Source of the DNA: Laetmonice hystrix
Lineage: Eukaryota
Length of the DNA stretch: 64,000 nt
Assembly: GCA_965235115.1 (NCBI GenBank)
Contig: OZ249436.1
Coordinates: forward strand, 35,094,001 to 35,158,000
Direction: 5' to 3'
The notes beneath the pieces are model-generated. The model was not told the DNA's origin and did no database searches. It worked only from the letters and a program-made list of their open reading frames with translations. This document shows positions 14,143 to 28,065 of the stretch, in pieces. Every line of letters begins with the position of its first letter. Position 1 is the first letter of the stretch. Made by a program: the position numbers and the translations under genes.

Positions 14143-14487
14143 AACCAGGAATCCATGTTTACGTAGTGTGGGCGTGATGCGTACTGCGTACTGCGTAATG
14201 TGTATTGACTGTTTCCATGTACTGCGTATTGATGTGTGCGTGATATCAAAGATCTATGAATTGGTGATATTGGTAGAAAATTTTTGCCATTCTGTGAAAA
14301 AGTATATTTTAAAGAACATAGTGACTATGATCAGTGTGTGTGTATTAGAACGACCCCCTAGGAGTTCTGGTGATTGCGCATTACGCATTGAGCAATACGC
14401 ATTACGTACATATGGAAACACTTTAGTAAATTTTAATAATAACTGTTGTTTGCCCACTACGCACTACGTACACATGGAGTCCTGGCT
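14143..14487. mobile_element. MITE (Harbinger-like, TWA flanks); partial relative at about 8281-8420
   Basis: TIR A(A/G)CCAGGA(A/C)TCCATGT.TACGTAGTG at both ends, internal TGCGTA repeats. Confidence 0.7.
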
Positions 14488-15067
14488 TTATGTGTCAAGG
14501 CAATAATCGGGGCGACTGCACCCCCCCCCCCCCCCATCGTGCCAAAACACAAATTTTAAAATGACCAATTATATTAATTGGAATCAGGGAAACAGTGCTA
14601 TTCTACATTGCCCCAGAAGCGTTATTTCATAATGTAATTTTTTTAGGAGGAGCATGCCCCCGGACCTCCTATAGCAGGGCGTGGCCGCTTTGAACAGTAT
14701 GTAACACCCTCCCTCTGCATGCGTGGAGCGGTTTTGTATACGAATCGGTTCATTAGACTCAGACGTCTGGTTCCTATAGCAAATGTCTTTAGAAGATCGA
14801 CATGCCTCCCTTCACGCGATCATAATGAAATACACGTGCATCACCCAACGGATCATGCAATGACGCCTAACGTCCTATAGGAACGACTGTTGTGTTCTCT
14901 GTGAGTTTAAACCAAACGGTAGTTTGGTTTCTAATAGGCGAAACCATGGGTGAAGAATAATAACATAGGCCTATTTAGCAAGCACAATAAATCAAGCCAG
15001 AGTCCGTGGAAGGTGACAGAATAGCAATCACAAGAGAAAAGCTGTCACTTTACAGACATGCATAGGC

Positions 15068-15539
15068 CTATAGTGATAATGAACTTACGAGGAAGCCGAT
15101 GTCGATGGGGACACTGAGGCGATCTTTGCTCCGGTAGGTAATGTTGGATAGCGAGGCGGGCGACAGGCCGACGACCGTGCCGTTCTCAGAGACGGCCCGA
15201 TGGTCGGCCGACAGCGGCACCGTTATCGCCGGGAGCAGCATGTCGACCGCACTCGCCCGCTTGACGTGACGTACCGTCGCTCTGTCAAGTGACGTCGACG
15301 ATGACGAAGACGACGGCGCCGGTGACGTGGACTGCGATGCGGTGTCATCTGACGGCAGGAAGAATTCGACTTCAGGCACTTCTAGGTCAGGTATGGGCCG
15401 GGGGTTGGCTTTGTCCGGCTCTGGTTGAGATATAGAAGCTGTGGCCTCGACGGGCGTTGTCTGACCAGCGTCGACACGCCCATCTAGTCGGTTTCCTCCC
15501 TTTGATCCCATTTTTTTCCTTACCTTAACCCGAGTCACT
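15068..15539 (-). CDS. Candidate terminal exon, low-complexity Ser/Pro/Asp-rich
   Basis: 156-codon GC-rich open frame after a CTTTATCATCAG acceptor, ending in TAG. Protein-like composition, no recognisable domain. Confidence 0.45.
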
Positions 15540-18500
15540 CTGATGATAAAGTATTGAATTGGTCTCTGTCATGTGTTGGAATGATCAATATCACCGGATG
15601 GTCGTCACAATATGCTGTTCAAAGCTAATCCCTCAAGGAGGCATCGTCACTGTGAAAAGCCTGCCGTTTCTGGATAGCGTCAACAGGGAACCGTGGCCTC
15701 GGCTCAGCTTCTTCCTTTACTTCAATGGAACACCACAATACTATCGGCCTATGATCATTCATAGACAACTCCATAGTAGTCCAACATGAATGACACACCT
15801 TGGCCTATATCCTTAAATGACGTTATGGATAACAATATGTGTTATTCTCAAAAGTAAACATGGTAGGATGCTCTGCCGTCTTCAAGGATGTCAACAAATT
15901 GGTCCGGCCAGTCAAACACCACGGGCTCCTCGAAACTAGGTTCATGATTATATCCGCTAACTCTTGGTACTTCCTACAGAATCAGGTGCAGAACTCTGTG
16001 TTTGAATTCACCAGCTGTTCTAGTCGGAATAATTAAATTTCAGGGCTCTCGTTGCTCAAGCCATCCCGAAAATCTACACCCATTTGTTAAAACTTGTTGA
16101 ACTGCGGTCATGATATGGAAGAGACTTGTGGAAAACATTCCGCGCGTGATAATTCTTCTCCCACTCAGATTTGATGACACAATCTAAGACGAGATAAACG
16201 AGTATAGTGTATACTCTCCGACCATCTATCAAATCTTCAAAGGCTCCCGCGAGAGATAGTTTTATTTGGACTAGCCAAAGTTTTCAGGTCGAACGGACCA
16301 AGCCTTAATACAGTGTGACGTCGGACAGTTCCCAGAACAGTTGCCCAGCCCACCAGAGATCCGTCACCCAGGGTTGCCAGTATCAATACCATGTACGACC
16401 AATCAAATGTTCTGAAACCCATAATGCCAAAGGTCGCTCTCTGTTTTGGTCCATCTGCACGGTGGCCAGAAGTGCTGAGCTCTGAAGGTGCTTCTGTTCC
16501 AGAGGTCAATGCCACACCGCCAACGATTTGCTATATGGGAATGCCATGCAGTCAGAATAACTGCCATTCCACCGGTGTGGTTTGTGTTGCCAACGTACCA
16601 AGGCCGATATCAGATGAACATGTTCTTCAATCATGCTTTGTCAGCACTACCCGTCTTTATGCCATCGTTGGCGACTGAACATCGATACGTCCTCGGAGGG
16701 AAGGGCACATATTCATGCTAAGGGTTAAGTAGAACCAGAATGTAACACGCGAGATTCTACAAAGTAGCTCTGTCTGGAAATTACCCACCGCCGTTGTCCC
16801 AGCCAAACTTGCCAGTCGCAGCACATTGATTGGGTAATGGTCGGGGTGTATTGTACAGTCTTGATCGATTCGCTTTATCTAGTGACCTCTGCCGTACGTA
16901 GAACAGACACACCCCGGAGCGCAGGCAATCGTTCAGGTGTACATTTAAAACTTTTGATGCAAGCAGGCATCATCAGCCAGACATGGAATCGATTGGCGTG
17001 CAGTCCTGAAGATGGTAATCGGAACAGACGAAACAAACTAACGCGCCGTCATTATGACGTAGTCGTAACCTCAAAGTGTACGTCACCTGAACACACTGTG
17101 TTTCACACGCTGTCGTCTTCACGGTAGGCATTTTACTTGTTGTGTTGTGTAACCCAGATCCGTTCACCTGTGTTTTGCCACCGGGGTTAACTCTGTGAAC
17201 TCACACAGCATCCCTACCATCCAATACCACATACACACATATACTGTACATGCAGTTGCACCTATAAGCCCCCCCTACTCAAGATCAAACTGAATACCGC
17301 TTGATAACTCAGGTACGACGACAAAGTGTCAAGGATACGATAGGTACCGATCTGTAAACCGATTCCACATTGAAGTCCTCCGTGCTGGGATGTTCAGTTC
17401 CTGAATGACAGAAAGAGACGCACAAGAAGATATGAAGCCATGGAAAGGTAGAATAAGGAAAAGAAGAGGCGAGGTGCGTGCTGCTCGAGGATCAGACAGC
17501 ATGTGTGTCGCTCCTCGTGCACTTTCTGTTGGCGGATACATGAAGCATACCGCTCGACGATGCCCCACCACTATTCCTTCCACTGCCGTGTTTACCAACA
17601 TTTCTCCGATTACCAGCCGGTTAATTCACAGGATGTCGACTTGCGAGCTCCCGCCGTTCCTTCTACCAGAAAACTGGAGGGTTTATAACTCCATGGCAGC
17701 ACGATCCTGCAGTCAGTGTTAGTTCGTATATTTTATGTTTATGGTCTCAGACACCAAACGGTCGAGTTTGAACCATGCAGTGTTTTTCAGGTCAGGTGAA
17801 TTAAGCTTGCCCACAGGTCTTCTAGGGTAGACCGAGCTGCGCGGAGATCTATGTCAGTCGGCACCAGCTCTCCCCCATGAATTTCCTTGCACGGTAGACA
17901 GCCTGGACGAAGGAGCAAGAACTTTTACAGTTCAGTTCTATAGGCCTACATGTACATCCAACCCACTGTCAATAGTCGTTGGAGGGAATAGAGTCCCTTT
18001 AACCGACTGATCAAAAAAGGTTTGTTCTGGTCCGACGTCCATGATTAAAAGTCCACAGTTGCGGGGAAGACAATCTTGTGCGCCACATAAACTAACACAG
18101 TTGATTAACTTTGCAATTGTAACTTTTCCCCCGCTGTTCGTTGCCTGTTGCTGAAAGCCATACAATTGCGGTAGGTTCCTGTTTCAGTTTCGACCCGTTT
18201 CAACAGGTCCTTCGTTCTTGTTGCCTTGGTACGACCTGTGTTCTGTCATTAGGTTGGTCATCATGATAGTTACGACGTCCAGCGCGTGCGGTATGTAGAG
18301 TGGGCAGAGATATGAGGCCATCCGCTCCCGAGTTTAAACTCAACGTACTTCTCCGTGCGCGCGTCGCCTCGACATCGATTAACCGGCAAAGGAAGGTTCA
18401 CCATCGCTCGCTACAGGTCGCAGCCAGACACGAGTGGGTTTGGTACTTTGCCATTGGCCAGTCCTCATCCGTCTCGTTTCTCCACCAGTAATAGGACAGT

Positions 18501-19239
18501 AGCGGCGGCGCGTCACCGCCCTTCCTTGCAAATGGCCCATACAGATACGGTTATTGCTCGGATGGAGAGGAATTGTTGCTAGGTTTCTATTTTAGGCAGT
18601 TTACTCGCCTTTTCTTTATTCACGTTGTAAATAATGGTGATTGCTTTCCGCTGTAGATCGAACTCTCCAAGACATCACACTTGGAGCGGAAGGACGAAAC
18701 AGTGGAATTAACAAGCATGAAACCCGACACGAGTGTCCTAGAGATTTGCTTCTGGTTATACCACCCATATTTAACCAAAATATCGCCCTTCGTCCAGACT
18801 ACAACAAAGTCATCAATTTTGTTCTTTTGCTGTTGTTTTTGTAGTAGCAGAATTGTTGATTAGTAGATTTATGTATAGTGCAAAGTTCCACGTTCTTTGA
18901 GCCGGCATGCCAGAAGCATCCACGCCACGTGCTGGTCTTCCGCGGGGGCCCCAGAAATCAGTATTATGCCTCAGTTGACCCCCCCCCCCCCCCATCTAAT
19001 CACCTGCATCCAATGTACGTTTCCCCTTCACATAAACATTTGCACATATAAATACACACGTAAACAACGCCCAAGCGTACATGCATTCTACTCATACGTA
19101 ACAGGTACACGGGCGCGTTGTGTGGGCACACACAAACATGATAGCACCCCGTATAAAACACTCGCTGCCTGTACTTGGGGGTCGTAGGCACCTCTGGGAT
19201 CCACACCGCCATGGGGTGGGGGTGGGGGTGGGGGTGGGG

Positions 19240-19868
19240 GTGGGGTTCTTACCCTCCCCTTGCTGTAGTGGTCTCTGAAACTTGGCGTGGCCTGTTTAGT
19301 CCAGAAAGCTCGAGTCAAGCCATTCATCAATGCCTCGAGAACGTAGCGCTCGTCCACGGAGTTTGCCCCCCACCCCCATCCACGGTCTCCCCTTGGCTCG
19401 GGGGGAAGGGGGGCGGGGGGCCTCCCTCCTTGTCAGGTGTACAAGTGTTTGGGGGCTATCATTTCGACCGGGATCTGTCATCAGTTGAACTCTCAATAAA
19501 TCAATGCAGGATTCTATCCGCTCGCCATCTCTGATGCATACCGTCGACGGTTACGATTTGGGGTATTACCTAGGATTTGGTAAGGATCTAACCGGCCATT
19601 CCCATGCATCGTCTAGGTGTTCTGCTCGTTGGAGTGGGTATCTACCGTAAGCCGCGGGGTCGTTCGATCCCGTTCCACTTCTCAGGCCTCATCGGTTCCC
19701 ATTTAGGAACGGGGCGGAACACAGCCAACGCAGGTTCCTATGAAGCTCAGAGTCTGTGGCCGCTATCGGGCAACTAAAGCCTGTTGGCTTCGGCCATTGG
19801 TGAACCCAAGGGCCAACCGCAGGATCCGGGCCACGGCTCGCCTAACGGGTAGTCACGGGCATGTTACA
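19240..19868 (-). mobile_element. Probable truncated LTR retrotransposon (LTR, PBS, gag-like relic)
   Basis: Minus strand begins TGTAACA (19868) and ends CA (19532), then a PBS-like TGGCGAGCG and a degenerate frame with VDERYVLEALMNGL. No second LTR seen. Confidence 0.4.
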
Positions 19869-20640
19869 TTTGCTTTAGATCTTTGAGGTAAGCAAGGAAA
19901 ACGTCAGTGCTATCAGGAAACGCACTCGTTTTGAATATAGTTCATTGCTATAGGTTCAGTGCCTGGGGTTCGTTTGACAGTATTGGACATACTGGAACAT
20001 GAGGAACAGTTGGAGAGAGTGTGCCAACAATTGGACACACGCTGTAGATACGTGTGTCCAATTGTGTGGCCAAGTTGTCTTCTAAAGTCCCCATTAACCT
20101 ACTTCCCCAGGAATTCGATAAATTAATGATATACTATATGTAAAATTAACTATTGTCTATAGAATTATGCAATATTGTACGCCGTTCCTTGGGGCATTTC
20201 TAGTTAAGCCGAGCAAATTTTCATGCCCATGACCATGCAGTCGCTCCAATCCAGCTTTTTAAGGTAGTTAAGTGTGCATGTACCGGCCATCGAGGAGTCC
20301 ATTGGCCATGACAGTGTCCCATCAACCACCCATCCGATACCCCGGAGACTGTCGGAACAGTCTGAGCTTGGCGGAGTTCTTTCACTAATTATGAATAATC
20401 CATACAACGTATCTATAATTTGTCCAACGTGGGACCAGTGTGGTCTTACAGAACATCTCTAAGATATCTTTCCCGTAATCGGGGCGATACGTGTACCGTC
20501 GTTTAGTTTTATAAAATGTAATAAATTGCTTCAGCACAGCGACTACTATATAAGATTGAAATCTGTCATTTCGATGTCCTTGAAATTTTCCCTCCCCATT
20601 TCCAAATCGTCTCGTCTATACCTTGAAATGGAGAACCAAA

Positions 20641-21078
20641 CTAAACACCCGGGCGTGATTCTCTACTTATTGACTGGCACTAGACTTGAACCAAGCACCC
20701 AGGCGCGATTCTCTACCTATTGACTGGTATTGACTGGCACCAGACTTGAACCAAGCACCCAGGCGTGATTCTCTACTTATTGACTGCCACTAGACTTGAA
20801 CCAAGCACCCAGGCGTGATTCTCTACTTATTGACTGGTATTGACTGCCACCAGACTTTAACCAAGCACCCAGGCGTGATTCTCTACTTATTGACTGGTAT
20901 TGACTGCCACCAGACTTGAACCAAGCACCCAGGCGTGATTCTCTACTTATTGACTGGTATTGACTGCCACTAGACTTGAACCAAGCACCCAGGCGTGATT
21001 CTCTACTTATTGACTGCCACCAGACTTGAACCAAGCACCCAGGCGTGATTCTCTACCTATTGACTGGCACCAGACTTC
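20641..21078. repeat. Minisatellite, 8 units of 50/60 bp
   Basis: CCAAGCACCCAGGCGTGATTCTCTACTTATTGACTG(GTATTGACTG)CCACCAGACTTGAA. Confidence 0.95.
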
Positions 21079-21947
21079 GCGTGAGACTCATCTTTTCAAA
21101 ACAATTCCTGTGGAACTCTATCTATACTCCCAAGAAGCTATTATCATAGAAACGACCATCAATTATCTCTGACGAGCAATGAGCTTCTCCAGAGATGAGC
21201 ATGTAGTCAGTTAATCTCGGCATGTAACAGTAAGCCGCCACTATAATACCTAAACCTTGTGGCAGTGAATGCAAGCATTGAGAGGTTATGCTTTATCGGC
21301 ATTTCGAATCACTGTCCAATAGTCATTCAGGGATTCCTTGACTTGTGCTCGCAAATATATTTTGATGAAAGATGCAGGAAATTGTACAAAATGGAATTTC
21401 TGCGTGGGAAGATCCAGAAGCTGAACATAACACAACCCATGGGAGACTGGTAATCCGATTAGGATCAGCAGACAACTTTTATTTAATGGTTTCGTAATCA
21501 TTCGTTATCGTTAGATCTATCCACTTTCTCCAAGGTGCCAACGGAAGTTAGCAGTTACTATTTCACTTGATAGAAAAGCAGAGGTTTATTTTATAAACGG
21601 ACACAAGTCCCCCCCCCCCCCCCCGGATATATCACAGTGTAGAATAAGTTGTGGATCCGCCCCTGATAAGGATAATAAAGAAGCAACATACAGTTCTAAA
21701 ACATATTACTTACGAACAGTCCACTACAAAACGATTATGTAGGCTTTCCACTAAGCCGATCATGCGATAAAGCGACAAGCCGATCTTTGCTGTCATCGGA
21801 TGGAAATCGCTTGGGTGAACTGTCTAAATGCATTGAATGTTCAACCTCGTGGTGAAATGTAACGACTTTTTATCAGCCTCCTTCCCTCGGAATGACGTCC
21901 AATCCGGCAGAGGGCGCTTCAGGTAGCATTGGTCGGATTCAGGGTGA

Positions 21948-22386
21948 GGGTCTGTGCGGGTCTTAACTGACGACTGCTTTAAACTGATAACAGTTGTCAG
22001 TTTGGATCCAGGTCTAAACTGATAAATTATGATGACTCTAGTGCTATATAATCACTAGTATGAACTGATTCTCCATGACAGGAATAGAGCCTGCATTGCT
22101 TCTTACAACAACCAAAAATATTATTGTTTTGTGTGTAGCATATAACAAAATACTTGGAATACCTGTAAGAATAATATTGTTAGAGAAAATCATAACGTGG
22201 AACCTTTATTTCTATACTGCCTTTCACAGAGAGCAATTATCGTTAGGTGCTGTCATCTCCTGAATCAGTTTAAATTAGTGATTATCATTCCAGCGGCTAG
22301 TAATCATTATTTGTCAGTTTAGACCTGGATCTAAACTGCAAGTGTTGTCAGTTTAAACCAGTTGTCAGTTAAGGCCCGCATAACCC
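21948..22386. mobile_element. MITE with TIRs of about 90 bp
   Basis: TGCGGGTCTTAACTGAC...GATCCAGGTCTAAACTGA is mirrored by TCAGTTTAGACCTGGATC...GTCAGTTAAGGCCCGCA. Confidence 0.8.
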
Positions 22387-23180
22387 CGCCATGCTGGACT
22401 CATCACGTTTTGCCGCATCGTTACGTAAGCCATGGCGAGCTGCTAGATAACATTAAAAAGTGTTTTGATTTCTTTATCTCTTTTTTATCGACGCGAAAGT
22501 GTATGGTTCGGACCGTATACTGTAAAAATAGTCGGATCGATGTTGGTGTATGGGACCCGAGGAACATGCCGGAGATCCCTTCAAACTAGACGACAAATCG
22601 CTCTCATTATGTACACCGGTATTGATTTCAAGGCTGTAAATGCCACTCTCTGTTACCACTGCCTGAGAAGATATGCAAACAGCAAACTAACGAATCCATC
22701 AACATGGACGGACACTGCATAAGCTAGGCTCTGATGTTTCACGCTCACCATGGAATTTTCTGTTTTAGCATAAAAATGTTCTCAGAATGTTTTAACGCGA
22801 TTTAAAGGGGCTAATGCTTCCTTTTATTCGTGTCGAGCTATTAAACAATTCTTTTTTTAATCCTTTTTTTCGCAGCACGTGCTATTTTTGTACATAGGCC
22901 TACTGACCTTTGTCTAGCTGGCACAGTACATCAGAATAGAAGAAAGATTTCTGTAGGCTGTCCTCCGCCCACACGATACGACCCTGACAAGTTAGAGCAA
23001 GGGTTCTCATCCGTTAGATCATGTTCACGGCCAACCTCACTGCCACCTAGTGGCATACTTGGTAACTAGAGTTGGTCTCGTGGCACATAGGCACGGCACC
23101 CTGGACGAGAACGCGGGGGTTAAAGCCTCGGCCTATAGGCTAAGGCCTATATCTGACTAATTCCTCAGATATCAGGCAGT

Positions 23181-23438
23181 CAGTGGCGTATCCAGAAACT
23201 TTTCTAAGGGGGGTTTCCGAAGTTTAGGTACTATAGAGATGGCCATTAGGCCATGCTCCTCAGAGAAATTATTAAAAAAAGACATCAAATAATGCAATCT
23301 AGTGACATATTGTGTGGAAATATGCAGGTTTCTTTTGGTTAAAATAATGCATTTTACACCCCCTTTTTACCAAAATGTCCTTAATATAGTATTTTTTTCA
23401 AGGGGGGGGGGGGTCCGGGATACTTGGAAACGCCACTG
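23181..23438. mobile_element. MITE with CAGTGGCG...CGCCACTG ends
   Basis: TIRs plus flanking direct repeat GGCAGT. Confidence 0.85.
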
Positions 23439-23537
23439 GGCAGTCCCATTATATAGAGTCTATATATACGGTATTAAATAACTTATATCTTACGTTCAAT
23501 TACTGATCGGTCTATCTTTATCTTTCCCGCGTCCTAC

Positions 23538-25420
23538 CTTTTTACTATCGTGTTCTTTTCCATCATGGTAACCGTGTCTGGCGTGGTAACCAATGACTTC
23601 TGATGATAAAGTACATCATTTTTATCCTATAAGTCGCCAGACTCAACCCGCATCCACTCACACTGCCCACGTGGGCGGACAAAACACAGGGGTAAACAAC
23701 TTACCCGGTATAAGTTCTTCACTTGAGACGTCTGGGTACTGGTCTCACTACTTGTTTCGTCCCCGTCTACCTTCTCGCAGCTGAACTAAAAACAAAGAGA
23801 AAATTTTATTACATAACAGTTGATCATTATTATTAGTGGTCGACAGGTCTGAAGGGCCAAACATTATACCAATATGATTCTGCTCTTGTGATTTGAATTT
23901 ATATAGAGGTCGTAAGGACAATCTTCTTTGCGGGTTTACCTCGCTATATAGATCTATGCCAGCATAATATCGAGAAGTGTTAAATTTCTATGGTGATATT
24001 GCAGTCACATCGCCTTTTTCTTTCCTAGAATTGAAGTCCATGGAATAATTATACATTACTAAATGTCGACTGGAGATATCACCAGATTATGTTTTGTCAA
24101 AGTCAGTTGTAGTGTTTTCTACCTCGCACTTAAAGCTCAGTGTCAAAACCTTCATTACAGAAGGGTATAGACCGCTGCGAACACGTTAAGACCAGTAGAC
24201 GTACAATCAGCCATTCTGTCAACGCTCAAACTGGTAGGTAGACTTAGTTATGAGTGTAAGGATACGATACGACATGAATGGTTTAGGGTTTACATTGGTC
24301 TATTGCATCGGGTGACCATGAACGACTGAGCCACGTGACAACGGTTCAGTTGAATTCGACGACATATCAGGGCCGTAGGGATAAAACTTGGACCGCGTGG
24401 GGTTTGTAGAAATCAACATGTCAACAGATAAGAATGTGGCTATATACATACGGCCTACTATGTCTGGAATTTACGTTCCTGAGGGCCTTATCCCATTATC
24501 GAAACACCGAGTGGGCCCTCGCATGCAGTCATTGATTTGACAGCGATCCTTTAGCCCTTGTGTTTGTTAAGATTTAGTGAACTCCTGTTCCCAACAAAGA
24601 ATCTTGAGATTGTCTTTCGGCACTTGTAACCCTAGTTATCTTTGATAGTGACAGGTATGAGCCGAGTAAGGAGGAGTGAGGAATGTTTGGGTTCTGGGCA
24701 AACAGACCACTTCGTACTTTAGTACTTGTTATGACGGGTAGATTTTCGGTTCACATGGCACATAAAATACGAACCCAGTTATAACTGTGTCCTCATCTCC
24801 AAACCTACATTTAAAGGAAGAGTTAAAAAGAGAGTAAAAGAAGCGATACAAACAAAATCCATCGTGACTGGTCCCCTAAATGATACGAGGATCGGCGGAT
24901 TTATACATGCGCAAGTACCAGGTATAATAATATATACCTAAGATCAGATACCATACTTGAGAAGGAGAACTTTGTGAAAAAGGAAGATATATCTTTCTGA
25001 AGCTCTGGGGTTATTTACGGAGTAGTCAAGATTACTGAGCAAACACTGATAGGTTATCATCTCTAAAATAACTGCCGTACGTACACCTAAAGAACTTCCG
25101 TTCCGAGTAAACCAATCTTTTCAACAACCTCGTCTCTTGTATGGGTCACTCTGACCAGCTGCCAATCAGGTATAGTTCAGCAGATTACTTGTTCCGTAAT
25201 ACCAGTTGCTGTCTACTCTCGAGTGTGGTTGCTATTGTGGTTATCATAACGGGATTGATAATAATGATAACTCCACTGATAACCATCGATAATGAAAGTG
25301 AGTAGTAGCGTTCAGATTGACTTCGTACAGATATCATTTTCCTCGGTAGAAGGTCTATGAATATAGGCCTAATATTAATCTAAGTGAAAGAAAACTGTGT
25401 AGCTGAGTATGCGTAGCAAC

Positions 25421-25481
<61 letters not shown>

Positions 25482-27054
25482 AAAACTGTTCAAAATGAAC
25501 AGACAACTGCATCATCCGAATACGTCAAGGAAACCATAGAGGTGAAAGGGCATCGTGTTGAGTAGGTATATAAGTGTCTTTATCAGGTATTGCCTTCGGA
25601 ACAATGCATTGATCCGACAGACAGCCTCGACAGAATACGTCAACAGTCTATGTCGTTAACTAATCGACTATAACTGACTGAATGGTGGCACACGATGCCG
25701 GATTTCATCCCTTCGAACTGAATCTCCCACGGAACCTTTTTGTTTCAACAATATCAAAATTTTGCGAATTTTAGACCTGAGAATTAGACCAAATTTGCAT
25801 GTCATATAACTGATATAACCAAATTAGGACGCAGCTTTGACATCAACTTTTATAGAGTCCCTCCTTAAGTATTTATATCTGTCCTAAACATTTTATCTGC
25901 GTGTTTGTACATGAATTGGTGGTGTAATTTTCCATGAGGAGGATCTTTATGCGAACTTCTTTTTTAGGAGAATGGGTACTGAATTTTACTATGCATTCAA
26001 GATATGAACTCACGTTTGTCTCGTATACTAACACAATTACATGCGATAACCTATCTTCTTTTCATATCACATAATAATGCGCTTTAATTGGGGAAGGGCG
26101 GGACGGAGGGACCAAAAGTTCGAGAAAGGAAGAGATCGATCTAGGCAGGACCTCTTGGTCGTGTACTTTTATCATCGACATAGATATATAAAGAAAAAAT
26201 GAACAAGATTGGATAGCACTCCTGTATGACCGAGCGATAGAAGGTCGCACAATACGGCAACCTCGCTCTATAGGAATGTCAAACGCCACCTTTTCATGGC
26301 ACGAGACGCAAACAGCGGCAAGTCCGCCCTGGCTTGACATTACAAGATATAAGTTAACCTTTCTGAAAAAAGGCATCCTGAATGATATTCGGCGTTATAA
26401 AGTTTCCCTGGCCTTTCCACAAAACAATCAAGAATAAATGAGTCGAGGGAAGGAACGGGACCCTTTCCTTCCAAGTAACTTCGGAATAACTTCCAAATAA
26501 GTACGACTGAAATTCTGTCTCCCTTCTTTTCTGCCCCCTGCCATTCTTCAGGTCCAGCAATTAATGTCAGCACATATATATTATTCAATTAAACTTAAGC
26601 GTTGCTGTATTTTCCCAAACATCTCTGGGGTCGGTGTTCAGGTCACGATTTATAAGTCAACCACATCTCATCACATCTCACATATTTCACCATTTTTAAT
26701 ATGAATTTGTTGATTATATAATGTATAGGCCTGTATTGCTTTCCATAATAAGATTGTCAATTTATGTCACTAAGGTGTAAATTTCCTTGTATTTTTAGAC
26801 CATCGCCTATACTGTAACCTGAAGTAATGCTATAATTTTGTGTTGGACGGTTTTGAAAAGCGGTACTTGATTATTCTGTAGCGAAAACTCATTGCTTTCA
26901 TCATTATACTTACCCTAACTTTACTATTTCGTCTGACGAGTGGTGACGTAGGTACGTCTAGGTAGTCCAGGCTGGTCTTGGGTTTCCTCAGCGATGGTTT
27001 AGGCGTGTTTGGAGTACTTGCTGAGATTGACCGTACAATATGAGGGGCATCCAT
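23538..27054 (-). CDS. Three candidate exons of an uncharacterised Ser/Thr/Pro-rich protein
   Basis: 26914-27054 (MDAPHIVRS...RRNSKVR, GTAAGT donor), 23705-23785 (FSCEKVDGDETSSET...NLYR, TTTTTAG/GTAAGT) and 23538-23626 (DKNDVLY...) join in frame. No family recognised. Confidence 0.55.
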
Positions 27055-27771
27055 CCTACCAACGACAAGTCCGCCGTCACGTCAGATTGAAGATTGTCGG
27101 ACAGGCAGAACCGGTCTGTCCGATACACGCTTAAAGGTGACTTATGTCACCGAGCAATGATAAGTCGTTCGTTACATCTGAATGTCAGCGTTATCTGTGC
27201 TCCTCAATCGATCACTTGAGGGTGTGACAGTGTGGTTAAGGATGACACATTAGTGCAAGTTGGTCGTAGAGGTATTGGTCACGGAAGCTTTCTGGAGGCA
27301 GGCCTATAGGAGTAGGCCCGGCCTAGGTGTAGGCATACCTCGCAACGTTGTAGGCATAGAGCTACCCTTATCACACCTGGATTGTCAGATGTCAATTTAT
27401 GTTGTGGCAAATTTGATTGACACATATTTGTAGAGGTGGTCCATTCGGCAGTGTGATAAACAGATTATTGAGATGAGTTCAAGATGACATACCATGTACG
27501 GGACTGGGCTTGGCTCAGCCTGAATTGGCCACTATACTGCCCTGGATAGTTATCGATTCCCATTGTCCGAAGTTACTTATCATAATATTGCCTGAAAAAA
27601 GTACCTTGGACACAAGAGGTGAGATAAATACGTGAGTGCTGACTGAGAGTTTGTAATTATAGCTCATTCTATATATATATGTGATATATGGAATAATTGT
27701 AAAAGAAATATAAAAATAAATATAAAAGTAACATGTGTTTCTTGATTTGTAATGTTCTTCTGGATTTTGAA

Positions 27772-28065
27772 GGGGGGTCCGGGGTGGCGCATTGGTTAGA
27801 TCACGGGACCTTTCCTGCATAGCAATGTTGCCGACTGCTTTATCAAAGGCCGGCCGTCACGATACGTCTATGTGGATGGTCACGTTAAAGATCCCTTGGC
27901 ATTTATCGATAAGACTAGGGGTTTGCCCCGATGCCGGGTTTCCTCCTATCATCTCATCATTATCACCCAATGGATTTCACCGACGGAGTTAGTTACCTTG
28001 TTCTCGCCCTGAAATAGCTGAAATACTGCTGACTGGGTGTTAAACACCAACTACTCACTCACTCA
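27772..28065 (+). mobile_element. tRNA-derived SINE (B box apparently deleted)
   Basis: A box GTGGCGCATTGGTTAGA, (ACTC)n tail, perfect 12-bp TSD CTGGATTTTGAA (27760-27771 and 28066-28077). Confidence 0.85.

Noticed and set aside
16785..16830. FGWDNGGG resembling a viral class II fusion loop; nearby CAPGCVC and HGIDTG motifs
   Set aside because: Isolated short matches in stop-interrupted frames that point to mutually inconsistent families.
17331..17338. Second GTATCCTT on the minus strand (others near 24258 and on the plus strand at 52581)
   Set aside because: No matching CCTTAAC branch and in-frame acceptor found; a few such 8-mers are expected by chance.
20777..21034. ORF with repeated QSISRESRLGAWFKS
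   Set aside because: Translation of 60-bp minisatellite units; the 50-bp units break the frame.
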